A DNA stretch of 64,000 nucleotides from Penicillus capitatus (lineage: Eukaryota > Plantae > Chlorophyta). This document shows, one piece after another, positions 24,797 to 35,352 of this stretch. Position 1 is the first letter of the stretch. Each line of letters starts with the position of its first letter. The position numbers and the translations under genes were made by a program. The notes beneath the pieces were generated by a model. It was not told the origin of the DNA and did no database searches. It saw nothing but the letters and a program-made list of their open reading frames with translations. The stretch covers positions 1,426,001 to 1,490,000 of the forward strand of contig OZ287700.1 of the NCBI GenBank assembly GCA_965649825.1. Reading direction: 5' to 3'.

Positions 24797-27700
24797 ATGT
24801 CGACGGAAGAGTTTCAGGACTTCAGTTATGCCACCCATTGGGAAAGGTCACCATATCCACCATCTTCTTTGCTGGAAGATGTCTCTCGTTGGCAGATTCG
24901 CCGGAGAAATCGAGCAAGTGCTGCGGCGATGGCTCTGGACGCAAAAAGAAAACCTTACCGAAGAGCACTGCGTCGTCGAACTGAAACAGAAACTGCATTT
25001 TCGAAAAGAACCCTACATCCTCTCATTGCAGATCCCGGGGGAGCTGCATCTCACTCCTCCGACAACAATGCCAGAGACGGCTGCCAATCTCTCTGCCAAT
25101 ACTCCAGAGTCTATCGGAAGCTACTCGAGTCCCTCCGGTTCGGATCCAGATGAAGATTTCGAATTTCTGCCTCAGGAAGAGACAAAGACGGACATTGCCG
25201 ATGCCAGACCCGAGAGAACACGCATGCGCTCCAATCCCGTCTTTTCCAAAGGACTCTTTGTGCCGCCCATGACACACTTTGCTGTGGAGGATGCATCTCT
25301 GCAGCGATGGTTTGGCCTGTCGCGTTTTGTTCTGTTACGCGCTGGGAGTCCATCGGGTCGCATTCTTGACGCCCAAGAGGCCAACACATTGCTCAGTGCC
25401 GCCTCTGTGGCGCTCTCTGAGTTCCTGAGACCCCTCGCCATCCTCATTCCCATACAAAATGCATTCCGTGATGCTTACAAAGGTGTGGCTGTCGTCGATG
25501 GCCGCAGTGTCTTCTTCGATATCGACAGCTCTCATCTCATCCAGCAATCGGATCACTTGAGATCGGTGGCAGGACAGCTTCAGGTGTTGGCCAAACAGAT
25601 AGAGCGATACAGTCCCAGAGGTGCCCGTCTGTGTGAAGATATCGCCTGTGGGGTAGATAGCGCGGTCGAAGGATACGAGGTGCAGGTGTCTTCATGTGTG
25701 ACCTACAAACTGCCGCTTCCAACCACTTCCGAACGACTGAGGCATTCCACTGGCGATCCGAATCTGGAACAGATCGAGGCGGAAGCGGCGGCTCAGTGGA
25801 GTGAGGATTGGGATGATGGATGTGTTTGGCAGCCATGGGGTGCTGAGAAGGATCCAGTCGCGTCATTGGAGCTGGATCTGGTATGGGGTGATGTGGAACT
25901 GACCCCCGACAATCCAACCCCTGTCCTCTCGGCCATGAACGCCGCCATATGGCGCATCAGTGCTCTCTCCGAAGAACGACAAGTCTATGAGAGCTGGGCC
26001 ATCTTCTCGAGTAAAAATTCCTTCAATCGTCGCCATCTGCGTTTCCCTTCTGTCGGAGAGATGCCTGTCGATGCCGCGGTGACAGAATTTGACGAAGATA
26101 ACTTCCGGAGCCTTTCGGCACGTCTCAATGCTCTACTGCAAGCGCGGTTCATGTCCGAGGCAGCACGGTCCGTCGGCGAGCTGGCTTCGGAAGACTGGTG
26201 GGAAGAGACAGGAACACGAGGGCCGTCGATTCCACCAGAAGATGTTTTCAAAGAGAGCATCGAAGATATGTTCGGCGAGGAATACAGTGGCCGAAATCTC
26301 TGGTCGATGACAAAGCATGTGGACGACAATCAGCCGCTGGCGCATAACGACAAGACATCGATCCAAGGCCTCCAGCGATGTACACTGAACCGGATGTTGC
26401 CATTGGACTCGTTGACGGCCAGACTGGGATTGCATGCTGTCGTCTATCGCAATGCCAGGGCGGTGGCATTGCTCTGGAGTCATTTCATCCAGGCCATCCG
26501 TCTGCATTACTGGGAGAAGCTCAAGCACATCCCGCTCTTCCCCCTTCGTGCCTGACCCTCCGCCATTCGGCTGCGATAAGAATGCGATGCGTGTCTGTAG
26601 AGAAAGCCAATCGAGATGAGGAACCGGAGTCTCCAGACTTTAACGCCAGTCTAATTCATCAGAAACTCCAAATTCTGAACGTCTGCATTCACAGGTCGCC
26701 ATTTCACTCTCCTATTCACGTCGCATGTGTGTCCAACGACAGACTCGTGCGAAAGAGAAGAACAAAATCTGTGGATCAGACGGCTGTGGAAGAGAACTTT
26801 GTTGATGTTAGGGGAAGTCCAGAGGAGAACTCGACCGACGTCGGTTCGCAGGACAATCCAGGGATCAAGCCGCGAGGCGTTGCTGGCGTTTTGGCGGGGG
26901 CCTTCCTTGAGCACCACCCCGATACACCTATCAACATTCCTATCACACAGGTGCGTCGTCCTTCCTTGACTCTGCCTGAGGCAAATCGCACGGACTGTTG
27001 TGATCAGTTGATGCCAGTTCACACATCGGATTCGTTAATGGAGGAAGCGACTCTGCTCTCTGCACTGCACGATTCGCCTGACGATCGTGAACGCGCTGCC
27101 AAAGAACAGGCAAAAGTGCTCCTGTCTGATATGGCAGCCTTCAAAGCGGCAAATCCAGAGGCGCAGCTGAGTGACTTCATCAAGTGGCACTCGCCTAAAG
27201 ACTGGGTCAAGCGAGAGAATGGCGAAGGATGTCTCTCTGTCAGAATGTCACACGAGGCAGACAATCAGTGGATGCGATACTGGTCTGAGGTCGAAGCTTG
27301 CCCGGCTATTGAGCAAATTCCTCTCTTCGATCCAGCACTGGCTGGCGAACGGGCACTGTACTCTCTGGAAACGATGGAGCCTGTCAAGCTCTTCACTCAG
27401 CTTTTTCAGATAGGTCTGCTTGCCTGTTTTGGCAGTCTTCAACGGGGACTCTCTGCTAAACTGCCATCCATACAACATCAAAGCGGTCTCTTTCGCAAAG
27501 ACCTCAAAGAGAAGATTCCGCACTTGGAGGATCAACCTGAATGCGCCACAGAGCTGCTCGACGCCTTCAAAGTCTGTCCTGTTAGAATCCGGAACCTTCT
27601 GTGGTATAGGATGTGGTCGCTAGGCACTGGAGAGAGGCGTCGTGGCGGGTGAGAGTCTGTTGCGGCATCTTCCTGGGTGTCATAAGACAGTCTCGCTATT

Positions 27701-28028
27701 GCTGGATCGTGTTCTCGACCACTCGACGGATCGAGATGATTTTGCCCCCGATCTTCGGAATTCGGGTATCTGCGTGCCCGATGCAGAAAAAGAGCATATT
27801 CTGCGTCTCTTGCTGAAAACCTCTTCATCTAGCAGTACGAGCGACAGTTCACAGATGGGCGATGGTCCCAGAAAGCCACTCATCAGCACTGCTCTGCAGC
27901 ACGAATGGGTCGTGTCCTGTCATCGGAAGGGATGTGACGGCGATGAAGGACATCTCTGTCACCGTCTATACTTCAAGGATGCTGTCAATGAAGTGCGATT
28001 GGGAACAGTCCTTGTATCAGAACTGTAG
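24797..28028 (+). CDS. RAB3GAP1: Rab3 GTPase-activating protein catalytic subunit; multi-exon
   Basis: N-terminal DFSYATHWER|FAGEIEQVLRRW; C-terminal LLSDMAAFKAANPEAQLSDFIKWHSPKDW and PLFDPALAGERAL. Confidence 0.9.
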
Positions 28029-28465
28029 AGTCCAACAATTACTGAGAGACCGCTGTTGAACGACGGACGATCTGTTCGCTATGCAAATACTGTTCTATGA
28101 ATTAAAGATGATGCATCGGATAGAATGCTGTCGCCTGTGTTCGCATGAGAGTGATCGGTCTGTGTTGTTTTGTTACCCTAAAGCGCGCATGTTTGCAGCC
28201 TGTGTTCGATTTGCGGATTCTTTCCGTTTCGTCGATATTGAGTACTGCGGGCACAGGTAACAAAGAATCTTCTTATCAAATGAACATATTGTTGGCAGTG
28301 TTGACGGACACATTTGCAAGTTTGATGTTTGACAAAACGATGTTGTCGTCGTCGGCGCCGCTCATTAACATAAAAGTTCATTCAGAAGGACACCGTTGCA
28401 CGATACGGTCGTGAAGAAACATGCAGATCACCCACACCTCCGCAAAAAGACGATCGGTCCTGGTC

Positions 28466-29951
28466 TCAGACAGTGAGTTGCTGCTCGTTCTGGTGAAGGC
28501 GAGCGACGAAGTCCCGCGCCCACAGATCTGCGTCTATGATGTCTTGCAGGTTCGGCTTCAGCTTCAAGTCATTCTGGTGCTCTGCGCACGTCTGTTCGAT
28601 CAGACGCGTGATGTCCATGTATCCGATCTTCTCGTCCAGGAACAACTCCACCGCCTTCTCGTTCGCGGCACTGAAGACGCCCGTCATGGTTCCCCCCGCC
28701 CTCCCTGCTGCGTAGGCCAGGTTCAGGGCAGGGTACTTCTTTCGATCCGGTTCGCGGAATGTCAGGTCTCCCATCTTGATGAAGTCCAATCGAGGCCAGG
28801 TCTCCTCGGAGGTGAGGATCCTCCGCGGCCAGGACAGGGTGTACAGAATGGGCAACCGCATGTCCGGCCATCCAAGCTGGGCAATGACGGAGGAATCGGC
28901 CGTTTCCACCATGGAGTGGATGATGCTCTGGGGATGGATCACCACGTCGACGTGGTCGTAGTCTGCCCCGAAGAGGTAGTGCGCTTCGATGACTTCCAGA
29001 CCCTTGTTCATCAGCGTCGCCGAATCGACCGTGATCTTGCGTCCCATGCTCCAGTTGGGATGCTTCAGGGCGTCTGCCACCTTGGCGTCCCTCAACCTCT
29101 CGACGGGCCAGTCGCGAAACGCCCCGCCCGAGGCGGTCAGGATGATTCTCCGCATTCCTCCCTCGGGCAGACCTGTCACATCACTCTCGCACGTTGCACA
29201 GACGGACCGCTCGCGCGTGACCGCACCCTGGATGCACTGGAAGATGGCAGAGTGTTCCGAATCGGCTGGCAGGATCTTGACGCCGTACTTGTCGGCCAGC
29301 GGCAGGACGTACGGACCACCGGCGATCAGGGTCTCTTTGTTGGCCAGACAGATGTCCTTTCCCGCCTCGATGGCCGCCACCGTCGGTCCGAGTCCAGCAC
29401 ATCCAACGATGCCTGTCACCACGGCCTCAATGTCTGGATGTCGTGCAGCTTCGATCGCGCCCTCTGCTCCTCCCAGAATCTCCGGCTGCGCATCCACGTC
29501 CCGAATGAGCTCCTTCAGCTCGGGGATTCGACGAGCATCCTGCAGTCCCACGAGCTTCGGCTTGAACTGTCGAACCTGCTCGGCAAGCAACTCGACGTTC
29601 GAACCAGCACTGAGCGCGACGACGGTGAATTCCTCGGGATGCTCGGCGCAGATGTCGAGCGTCTGCGTGCCGATCGAACCCGTCGACCCGAGCAGAGCAA
29701 TCGGCTACGTCACGTCGCCACACCGTGAAACTCCACTGGAATTCCGGGGCATGCACCTTCGGATCTTCCGGTTTGGGCGTGTGTTCGGGCACGATGGCGC
29801 GCTTGGGCCAGGCAGCAGGGGGTTCATCCGCTGTCGACGTCGCTCGGAGAGCCGCACAGCGTCGAGTGCTGTTGGCGCGTGCGGAGAGACTCGTCCTGGT
29901 GGAGGACGTCCTCGCGAACGTCGTCTTCGAAGATGGACCACACGAAAGCAT
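28466..29951 (-). CDS. DXR: 1-deoxy-D-xylulose 5-phosphate reductoisomerase, plastid-targeted
   Basis: Transit peptide, green-lineage PPAAWPKRA motif, [51 protein letters not shown]; two introns including an in-frame 54-nt one. Confidence 0.97.
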
Positions 29952-29964
29952 GATGACTCGCTCC

Positions 29965-29999
29965 GCGATCGGCGAATGGCACGTCACATCACGCGGTGC
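29965..29999. promoter_or_regulatory. 35-bp block identical to 54246..54280; candidate (bidirectional) promoter element containing CACGTCAC
   Basis: gcgatcggcgaatggcacgtcacatcacgcggtgc is identical at both loci, while the flanking paralogous sequence has many mismatches. It lies 13 bp from the DXR ATG and 65 bp upstream of the XRN1-like ATG. Confidence 0.5.
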
Positions 30000-30326
30000 G
30001 ATTGCTGGCCTTCGAATTTGACGACCGCTCAGAACTCCCGTTCTCTTTCGCGTTTTGTCCAGTAGAACAACGTCGTTCCGGTTGGATGCCTGGCGCTGTT
30101 CAGTTAAACTGGAGAAGGGGCCAGCCTCGAGCCGATTGGACTACCTCCTGTGCGTCATCCCCGGTATGGACGCTTCTTTTCTGACGGAAACGCACCAGTG
30201 CATAGTCACAGACGACGAGTCCTGCTATAAGAAGCTCTACAAGGACACCCCTGTCGTCGACAGTGTCTCTGTTGCATGTTCCCTGACGCGTGTGGCTTTC
30301 AGGTCGAAGCTGGACTTCTCCGTCGA

Positions 30327-30339
30327 CATCGAGGGGGCG
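30327..30339 (+). repeat. 5' target-site duplication CATCGAGGGGGCG
   Basis: Identical 13-mer at 35565..35577; single copy at the empty paralogous site 56422..56434. Confidence 0.95.
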
Positions 30340-30349
30340 GATCAACATA

Positions 30350-32071
30350 ATGCAATCATCTACGCCTCCCACTGGAGGCAGCGGGAGTTTTGCGGCGGCA
30401 GCGCAAAACGCGACCCCGACCGAAAACGCACAACAACCGGCACAAACGACGCGCTTTGGACGACCAACGACGGCCTCGGACTGGGCAGACCAAACGGACG
30501 CGGACGAAAAACTCGGCAGATCGGACAAGCGAGGGTTTTACAGAACGACGATGAGGCGCATACACGGATGTCTCTCGACCCTTGAGCAAGCCGGCGTCGA
30601 CCACCACGCCCTGAAAACGGCCCTCTACCTAATCGAAGCCATGGAGGGAGGCTACGGCATTGGCCAGAGCGACATGTCCCGCGAAGCGCAACAAACCGCA
30701 AGGCCAGCAACAGTCCAGGCGAACCCCCTCTATCAAACGACCATGCCCTCTCTCCTACAACAACAACGAGCGCCAACCGGAGCCGAGACGACCACCCAGC
30801 AAATGCAGCAGACAACCAGAACAGCGTCGTACGCAGAAGTGGCCAAATCCAATTACTTCCCGAGCAGCCCAACAGACCAAGTACCCTGGACAATGGTCGC
30901 AAGACAGCAAAGACCCAAGCCAGCATACGAAACACAAACCCCAGAGCAACAAGCAAGAAGAAGAATCATGAGCGAGATGTGGAAACGCAGCTCACCAGAG
31001 GACCAGAACATGGCCAGACAAGTCTTCATCTCGCCTGTCATCGAGGCGGCCTCGATCAAGCGTCCTACCTACAACATGATGAAGGACGCCCTAACGATTT
31101 GGGCCAAGAACCACGGCGGCCAGGTGCAATACCTTAGGGGGCTCACCTCCGGAGATATGCTACTCCAGCTAGACCAGAACGTGATGACCTATCTCAGGGA
31201 CAACTTTTTCCCTGAGATAGACCTTCACCTACTGGGCTGCTGGCAGCCCAAACCTAGCCATCAAGATACATCGATCCCCAGCGTTGTAGTCGAGGGAGTA
31301 GACCGCTTCCTGTCACACAGAGCGGTCGTGGAAAAACTAAAAGACCCGGAAAATGCGACATGGCTGGGAGTCCAGCCAGAAACATTACAAACGGCGACAC
31401 TCACTTTTGTGAGATTTCACAGAAAAGTGGATGGCAGTGCTCCCGAACCTACCTCCACCGGAAGATTGGTTGGCCCACCAGAAATCATCACCCGCATGGC
31501 CCAGAAGACCGGAATATACGTGGGCTACCCCTGCTATGTCAGAGAATTCGCCCAACAAGAGAAATGGAAGACGGGTAACCGAACCATGGAAGTCGACTCC
31601 ACGAATAGAGGAGCCAAAAGAAACACACAGGAACGAGAAAGGGAAGAGGCAGACGAAATGATCACTCCCAGCAGAGAAGCGGAGCAGCCTCCCGAACCAA
31701 GCACCTCGCGCCGTCGGACAGAGACCCCGCCGCCCATCGATCTGACAACCGAAGAGAACAATCCAACATCAGAAGCTCCCCCGGATAAAACAGCAGAGAC
31801 CCCAACTCAGACAGCGAACCCTCCTGACCGGTCGGCAACGCTCCCACCAACCTTCCAAGCAGAAGAAGAGAACCTCGACCAAATAGCCCGAGCAATCAAC
31901 GATAATCTCTCGGAACTGACGGCCCAGTTCGACCAAGGCGAGCCAAAAACACAGCGCCCAGAGGCGGACCAGCCCCCACCAGAAGGATCAAAACAGCAGA
32001 GCTTGGAACCAGAGAAACGAAGATTCAGCGAGCGCCTAAGAAGGAAGCGCCAAGAAAAAGAAAAACAATGA
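30350..32071 (+). CDS. LINE ORF1 (gag-like nucleic-acid chaperone; no CCHC knuckle visible)
   Basis: First ATG inside the element is at 30350. SYAEV motif, central PSVVVEGVD..VVEKL segment, long acidic/Pro-rich C-terminus; directly precedes ORF2. Confidence 0.8.
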   Translation: MQSSTPPTGGSGSFAAAAQNATPTENAQQPAQTTRFGRPTTASDWADQTDADEKLGRSDKRGFYRTTMRRIHGCLSTLEQAGVDHHALKTALYLIEAMEGGYGIGQSDMSREAQQTARPATVQANPLYQTTMPSLLQQQRAPTGAETTTQQMQQTTRTASYAEVAKSNYFPSSPTDQVPWTMVARQQRPKPAYETQTPEQQARRRIMSEMWKRSSPEDQNMARQVFISPVIEAASIKRPTYNMMKDALTIWAKNHGGQVQYLRGLTSGDMLLQLDQNVMTYLRDNFFPEIDLHLLGCWQPKPSHQDTSIPSVVVEGVDRFLSHRAVVEKLKDPENATWLGVQPETLQTATLTFVRFHRKVDGSAPEPTSTGRLVGPPEIITRMAQKTGIYVGYPCYVREFAQQEKWKTGNRTMEVDSTNRGAKRNTQEREREEADEMITPSREAEQPPEPSTSRRRTETPPPIDLTTEENNPTSEAPPDKTAETPTQTANPPDRSATLPPTFQAEEENLDQIARAINDNLSELTAQFDQGEPKTQRPEADQPPPEGSKQQSLEPEKRRFSERLRRKRQEKEKQ

Positions 32072-35000
32072 TGCCGCGGGCATCCCACCGCGATCACCCA
32101 TACGACTGCCAACCAAGGACAAACACACAAAAAAGCAAAAAGACAATTCGAATCAACCAAATCAACCTGGCCAAGTCCCCTCTGGCATGGGAAGATCTCA
32201 AGATCCAACTCGATCGAGACGAGATTGACGCAGTACTAATCAGTGAACCGCCAAAATGCCTCCAACTGGGACGCACAATCCCCTCGGAATACACATGGAC
32301 GTACCAACAGAACGAATGCACGTGCGGAGCAGGGATTTTGTACAGGAAAAACCTCCGAGTCACGAAGCCGATCGAAGACACCCCACGGATAAACACCATA
32401 GCGGTGAAGAGGGAGAACAATTCAGCTCTGTGGATCTCTTCCTTCTACCTTCAGCCGGAGACACTGGAAGGCCTACACGATGTACAAAAGGTCAGCACAG
32501 AAGTGATCAAGACCGACTCCCAGTGGATACTGGGAGGAGATGCGAATGCACACTCCAGCCAATGGAGTCAATCTGACAACAACGAGTGCGGAAACAGAAT
32601 GGAGGACTGGATACTCGAGAACAACCTCTTGGTGATCAACGACCCGGACAGTGAAGCAACGTTCTCACGAAAGTCCACTCAAGACCAATGGCTCGACATC
32701 ACCCTCTCGACGCAAGGAATCTCGAGGCAGATCACTGAGTGGCAAGTCAAGAAAGAAGCCATCCCCAACTCCGATCACACCCTCATCCACTGGGAGATCG
32801 ATGGCCAAGACGCAAAACTCACCGATCTCAAGCAGAGGAGTTGGGCAAAGACGAACTGGGAAGAATACCGTGATCTTGTACAAGCCTTCCTACCAACTCT
32901 GCCGCTCTCTATAGACTCGGTTGCCCGGCTCGAGGAACAGACGAACCTCCTGACCAAGGCTCTCAGCACCGCCATGAAACTTACCACAAAAATGGTGGAA
33001 CCAAAGAAAATCCCAAGGAACTGGTTCGATCAGGAAGCCCAGAAACTACATAATCGTCTCCGGGCAAGCAAAAAAGGAACCAGTGAACACAACGCCATTC
33101 GGTCTGAATGGAAGGAACTCGTCAGAAACAAGAAACTACTATCCTTCCAGAAGTTCACAGAAAGCACCGACGACCATAACTGTTGGGAGGCATTGCGAAG
33201 ACTCTCCGACCCCAAGAAGCTGAAACCGATCCACTCACTCACCGACCAGAACGGAAGAACAAACGACCCGAAACAAATGGCAGACCTCCTTGCGCAGAGA
33301 TATTTCCCAGAGCTCGAACCGGGAAGAAGAACGGACGAATTCAGACAACAATCAAGTAAAACAAGAGACAAATACTCCCCGACGGACGGCAAACCAAAGA
33401 GAAACACCTGGTCCCACAGAGAGATCTGGGAAGAACTCCAGAGAGGCCGAAGGAAAACAAGCCCTGGACCTGATGACATCCCTTATCAAGCCACCCGAGC
33501 ATGTGCTGACATCCTAACCCCTTGGCTAACCGCAATATACAACGCCATCATCGACACCGGTCACGTACCTCGACAATGGAAGGTTGGCAAGGTATGCAAC
33601 ATCCCTAAACCGGGTAAGAGCGGGGAAGAAGCCAAACATTACAGACCAATCACCCTACTCAATTGTGTCTCGAAGATCTTTGAAACCCTGGTGACCAAGA
33701 AAATCAGTACATGGGCAGAGGACAAAGGGGTCTTGCCAGACAGCCAATATGGCTTCAGGAAAAACCGCACCACAAGTATGCCGCTGGGCAACCTTACCTC
33801 GAAAATCTGGAACTCCCTCAACCGCCGTCAAAAACTGACCTCGGTCAGCGTCGACCTAGAAGGTGCATATGACCGAGTAGTGCCGTCGATCCTGATCGAA
33901 CGACTAGAAGAAGCAGGGCTCGACGAAGACATCGTCAGAGTCGTATGGAACCTGTTGACAGACAGGGAAGCTAACATCACCATAGAGGAAGAGAACTTCT
34001 CCTACCGACCAGAAAGAGGCCTCCCCCAAGGATCGCCCGTGAGTCCGATACTCTATATCTTATACTCTGCGAGCATTCCAAAATACATACCAAACAGCGT
34101 ACACATAAATATGTACGCTGACGACATCGTAATCTACAAAGAAATGACATCCGAGAAAGACGAGACACAACTACAAGAAGCCCTAGACGGACTCCTGAGA
34201 TGGTGTGACGACTCTGGAATGAAGATAAATCCCGATAAAACCCAAACCATAACCTTCCGAAGGAACAGAGACCAGACGCAGCCACATCTCCGACTTGGTC
34301 AACACTCCCTTCAACACACCGAGACAATGAAATACCTCGGCATCACCTTCGATGAGCGAATGTCCTTCGAACACCACTTGAAAGAGAAGACCAGGCAGGC
34401 CACCCAACGAATACATGGCATCAGAAGAATGGCACGAGCCCTATGGGGCGCCTCATCCCACATAACGCGAAGACTATACCAGATGTGCATACAACCACTG
34501 ATGTTGTATGGAAGCGAGATATGGATCACCCGACTAAACACGATTAGAGCGAGCAAGATGTTGGAAAGAATCGGAAGACTTGGTGCCCTTACCATTACGG
34601 GGCTCGATCAAACTACATCAGCGGAAACTGCAATGACACTCGCCTACCTCCAGCCCCTCAGCACCCTCGCTACCGCACAACTACTCAAGTCGGCCCCACA
34701 AACTTACAAAGACCCTAAGAACCTAATACGGCCTCTATCACCGCCGACCCACTGCACCCCAGAAGCAACGCTCCGCTCAGAACTGGAGAGAGTATGGCAG
34801 CACCACCACCAAGAGAAGAACAGAAGACAACGCCCGACAGAGGACGAACTGCATCAAATGCTCAAAAACAGGGATCTATTTGAGCAATGGTATACAGAAT
34901 ACCTAGAAGAGCAAACAAACAGACAATGGATACTGTCAAACAAGAGCCAAAGTCTCAAAAACATAGGATGGCGAAGGATAAACAAAGAAAAGCCCTGGTT

Positions 35001-35352
35001 CGACCACCCGCTGTGGACTAAAAGAAAGACAACTCAAATCAACAGAATGCTCTCAGGACACATCCCGACCCTCACCTACCTGCAATCCCGAGGACGAGAA
35101 GTAGACGATGTCCACTGCCGCCTCTGCAGAGAAGCTCCAGAAACCAGAGACCACCTCCTTCGGTGCCCGGCTCTCAGAAAAACAAGAAGGATGTTATTCA
35201 TGGAAGAAGAGCTCACGATCGAAAAATTCGGACCGCTCCTCCAAGAAGCAAAACTCTTCTACTCATTCGACCAATACTGTTCCCACTGCCACCAATACAT
35301 ATTGCAAGAAACAGGGGGTAAGAACAAAACCCCAAACACCAAACACCAATAA
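32068..35352 (+). CDS. LINE ORF2: apurinic-like endonuclease, reverse transcriptase, C-terminal CCHC finger; no RNase H
   Basis: QINL, ISEP, GGDANAH..W, DITL and SDH (APE); YRPITLLNCVSKIFE, QYGFR, DLEGAYD, PQGSPVSP, YADD and KYLGITFD (RT); CRLCREAPETRDHLLRCP. Confidence 0.97.
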   Translation: MMPRASHRDHPYDCQPRTNTQKSKKTIRINQINLAKSPLAWEDLKIQLDRDEIDAVLISEPPKCLQLGRTIPSEYTWTYQQNECTCGAGILYRKNLRVTKPIEDTPRINTIAVKRENNSALWISSFYLQPETLEGLHDVQKVSTEVIKTDSQWILGGDANAHSSQWSQSDNNECGNRMEDWILENNLLVINDPDSEATFSRKSTQDQWLDITLSTQGISRQITEWQVKKEAIPNSDHTLIHWEIDGQDAKLTDLKQRSWAKTNWEEYRDLVQAFLPTLPLSIDSVARLEEQTNLLTKALSTAMKLTTKMVEPKKIPRNWFDQEAQKLHNRLRASKKGTSEHNAIRSEWKELVRNKKLLSFQKFTESTDDHNCWEALRRLSDPKKLKPIHSLTDQNGRTNDPKQMADLLAQRYFPELEPGRRTDEFRQQSSKTRDKYSPTDGKPKRNTWSHREIWEELQRGRRKTSPGPDDIPYQATRACADILTPWLTAIYNAIIDTGHVPRQWKVGKVCNIPKPGKSGEEAKHYRPITLLNCVSKIFETLVTKKISTWAEDKGVLPDSQYGFRKNRTTSMPLGNLTSKIWNSLNRRQKLTSVSVDLEGAYDRVVPSILIERLEEAGLDEDIVRVVWNLLTDREANITIEEENFSYRPERGLPQGSPVSPILYILYSASIPKYIPNSVHINMYADDIVIYKEMTSEKDETQLQEALDGLLRWCDDSGMKINPDKTQTITFRRNRDQTQPHLRLGQHSLQHTETMKYLGITFDERMSFEHHLKEKTRQATQRIHGIRRMARALWGASSHITRRLYQMCIQPLMLYGSEIWITRLNTIRASKMLERIGRLGALTITGLDQTTSAETAMTLAYLQPLSTLATAQLLKSAPQTYKDPKNLIRPLSPPTHCTPEATLRSELERVWQHHHQEKNRRQRPTEDELHQMLKNRDLFEQWYTEYLEEQTNRQWILSNKSQSLKNIGWRRINKEKPWFDHPLWTKRKTTQINRMLSGHIPTLTYLQSRGREVDDVHCRLCREAPETRDHLLRCPALRKTRRMLFMEEELTIEKFGPLLQEAKLFYSFDQYCSHCHQYILQETGGKNKTPNTKHQ

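Noticed and set aside
28466-29951. DXR looks more GC-rich than its neighbours, suggesting horizontal transfer
   Set aside because: It has spliceosomal introns, a transit peptide and the green-lineage PPxxWP motif; codon bias of a highly expressed gene is the simpler explanation. GC was judged by eye only.
29976-29978. ATG (MARHITRC frame, also at 54257) as the start of the XRN1-like protein
   Set aside because: ATG 54346 with intron 54350..54398 yields MDARFDRW, which aligns with the canonical XRN N-terminus; the upstream extension has no homology.
30340-30420. HDV-like ribozyme at the LINE 5' end (GCCTCCCACTGG resembles HDV P3/L3)
   Set aside because: I could not place P1, the P1.1 GG, or the catalytic C and P2 in the required order; only simple hairpins are supported.
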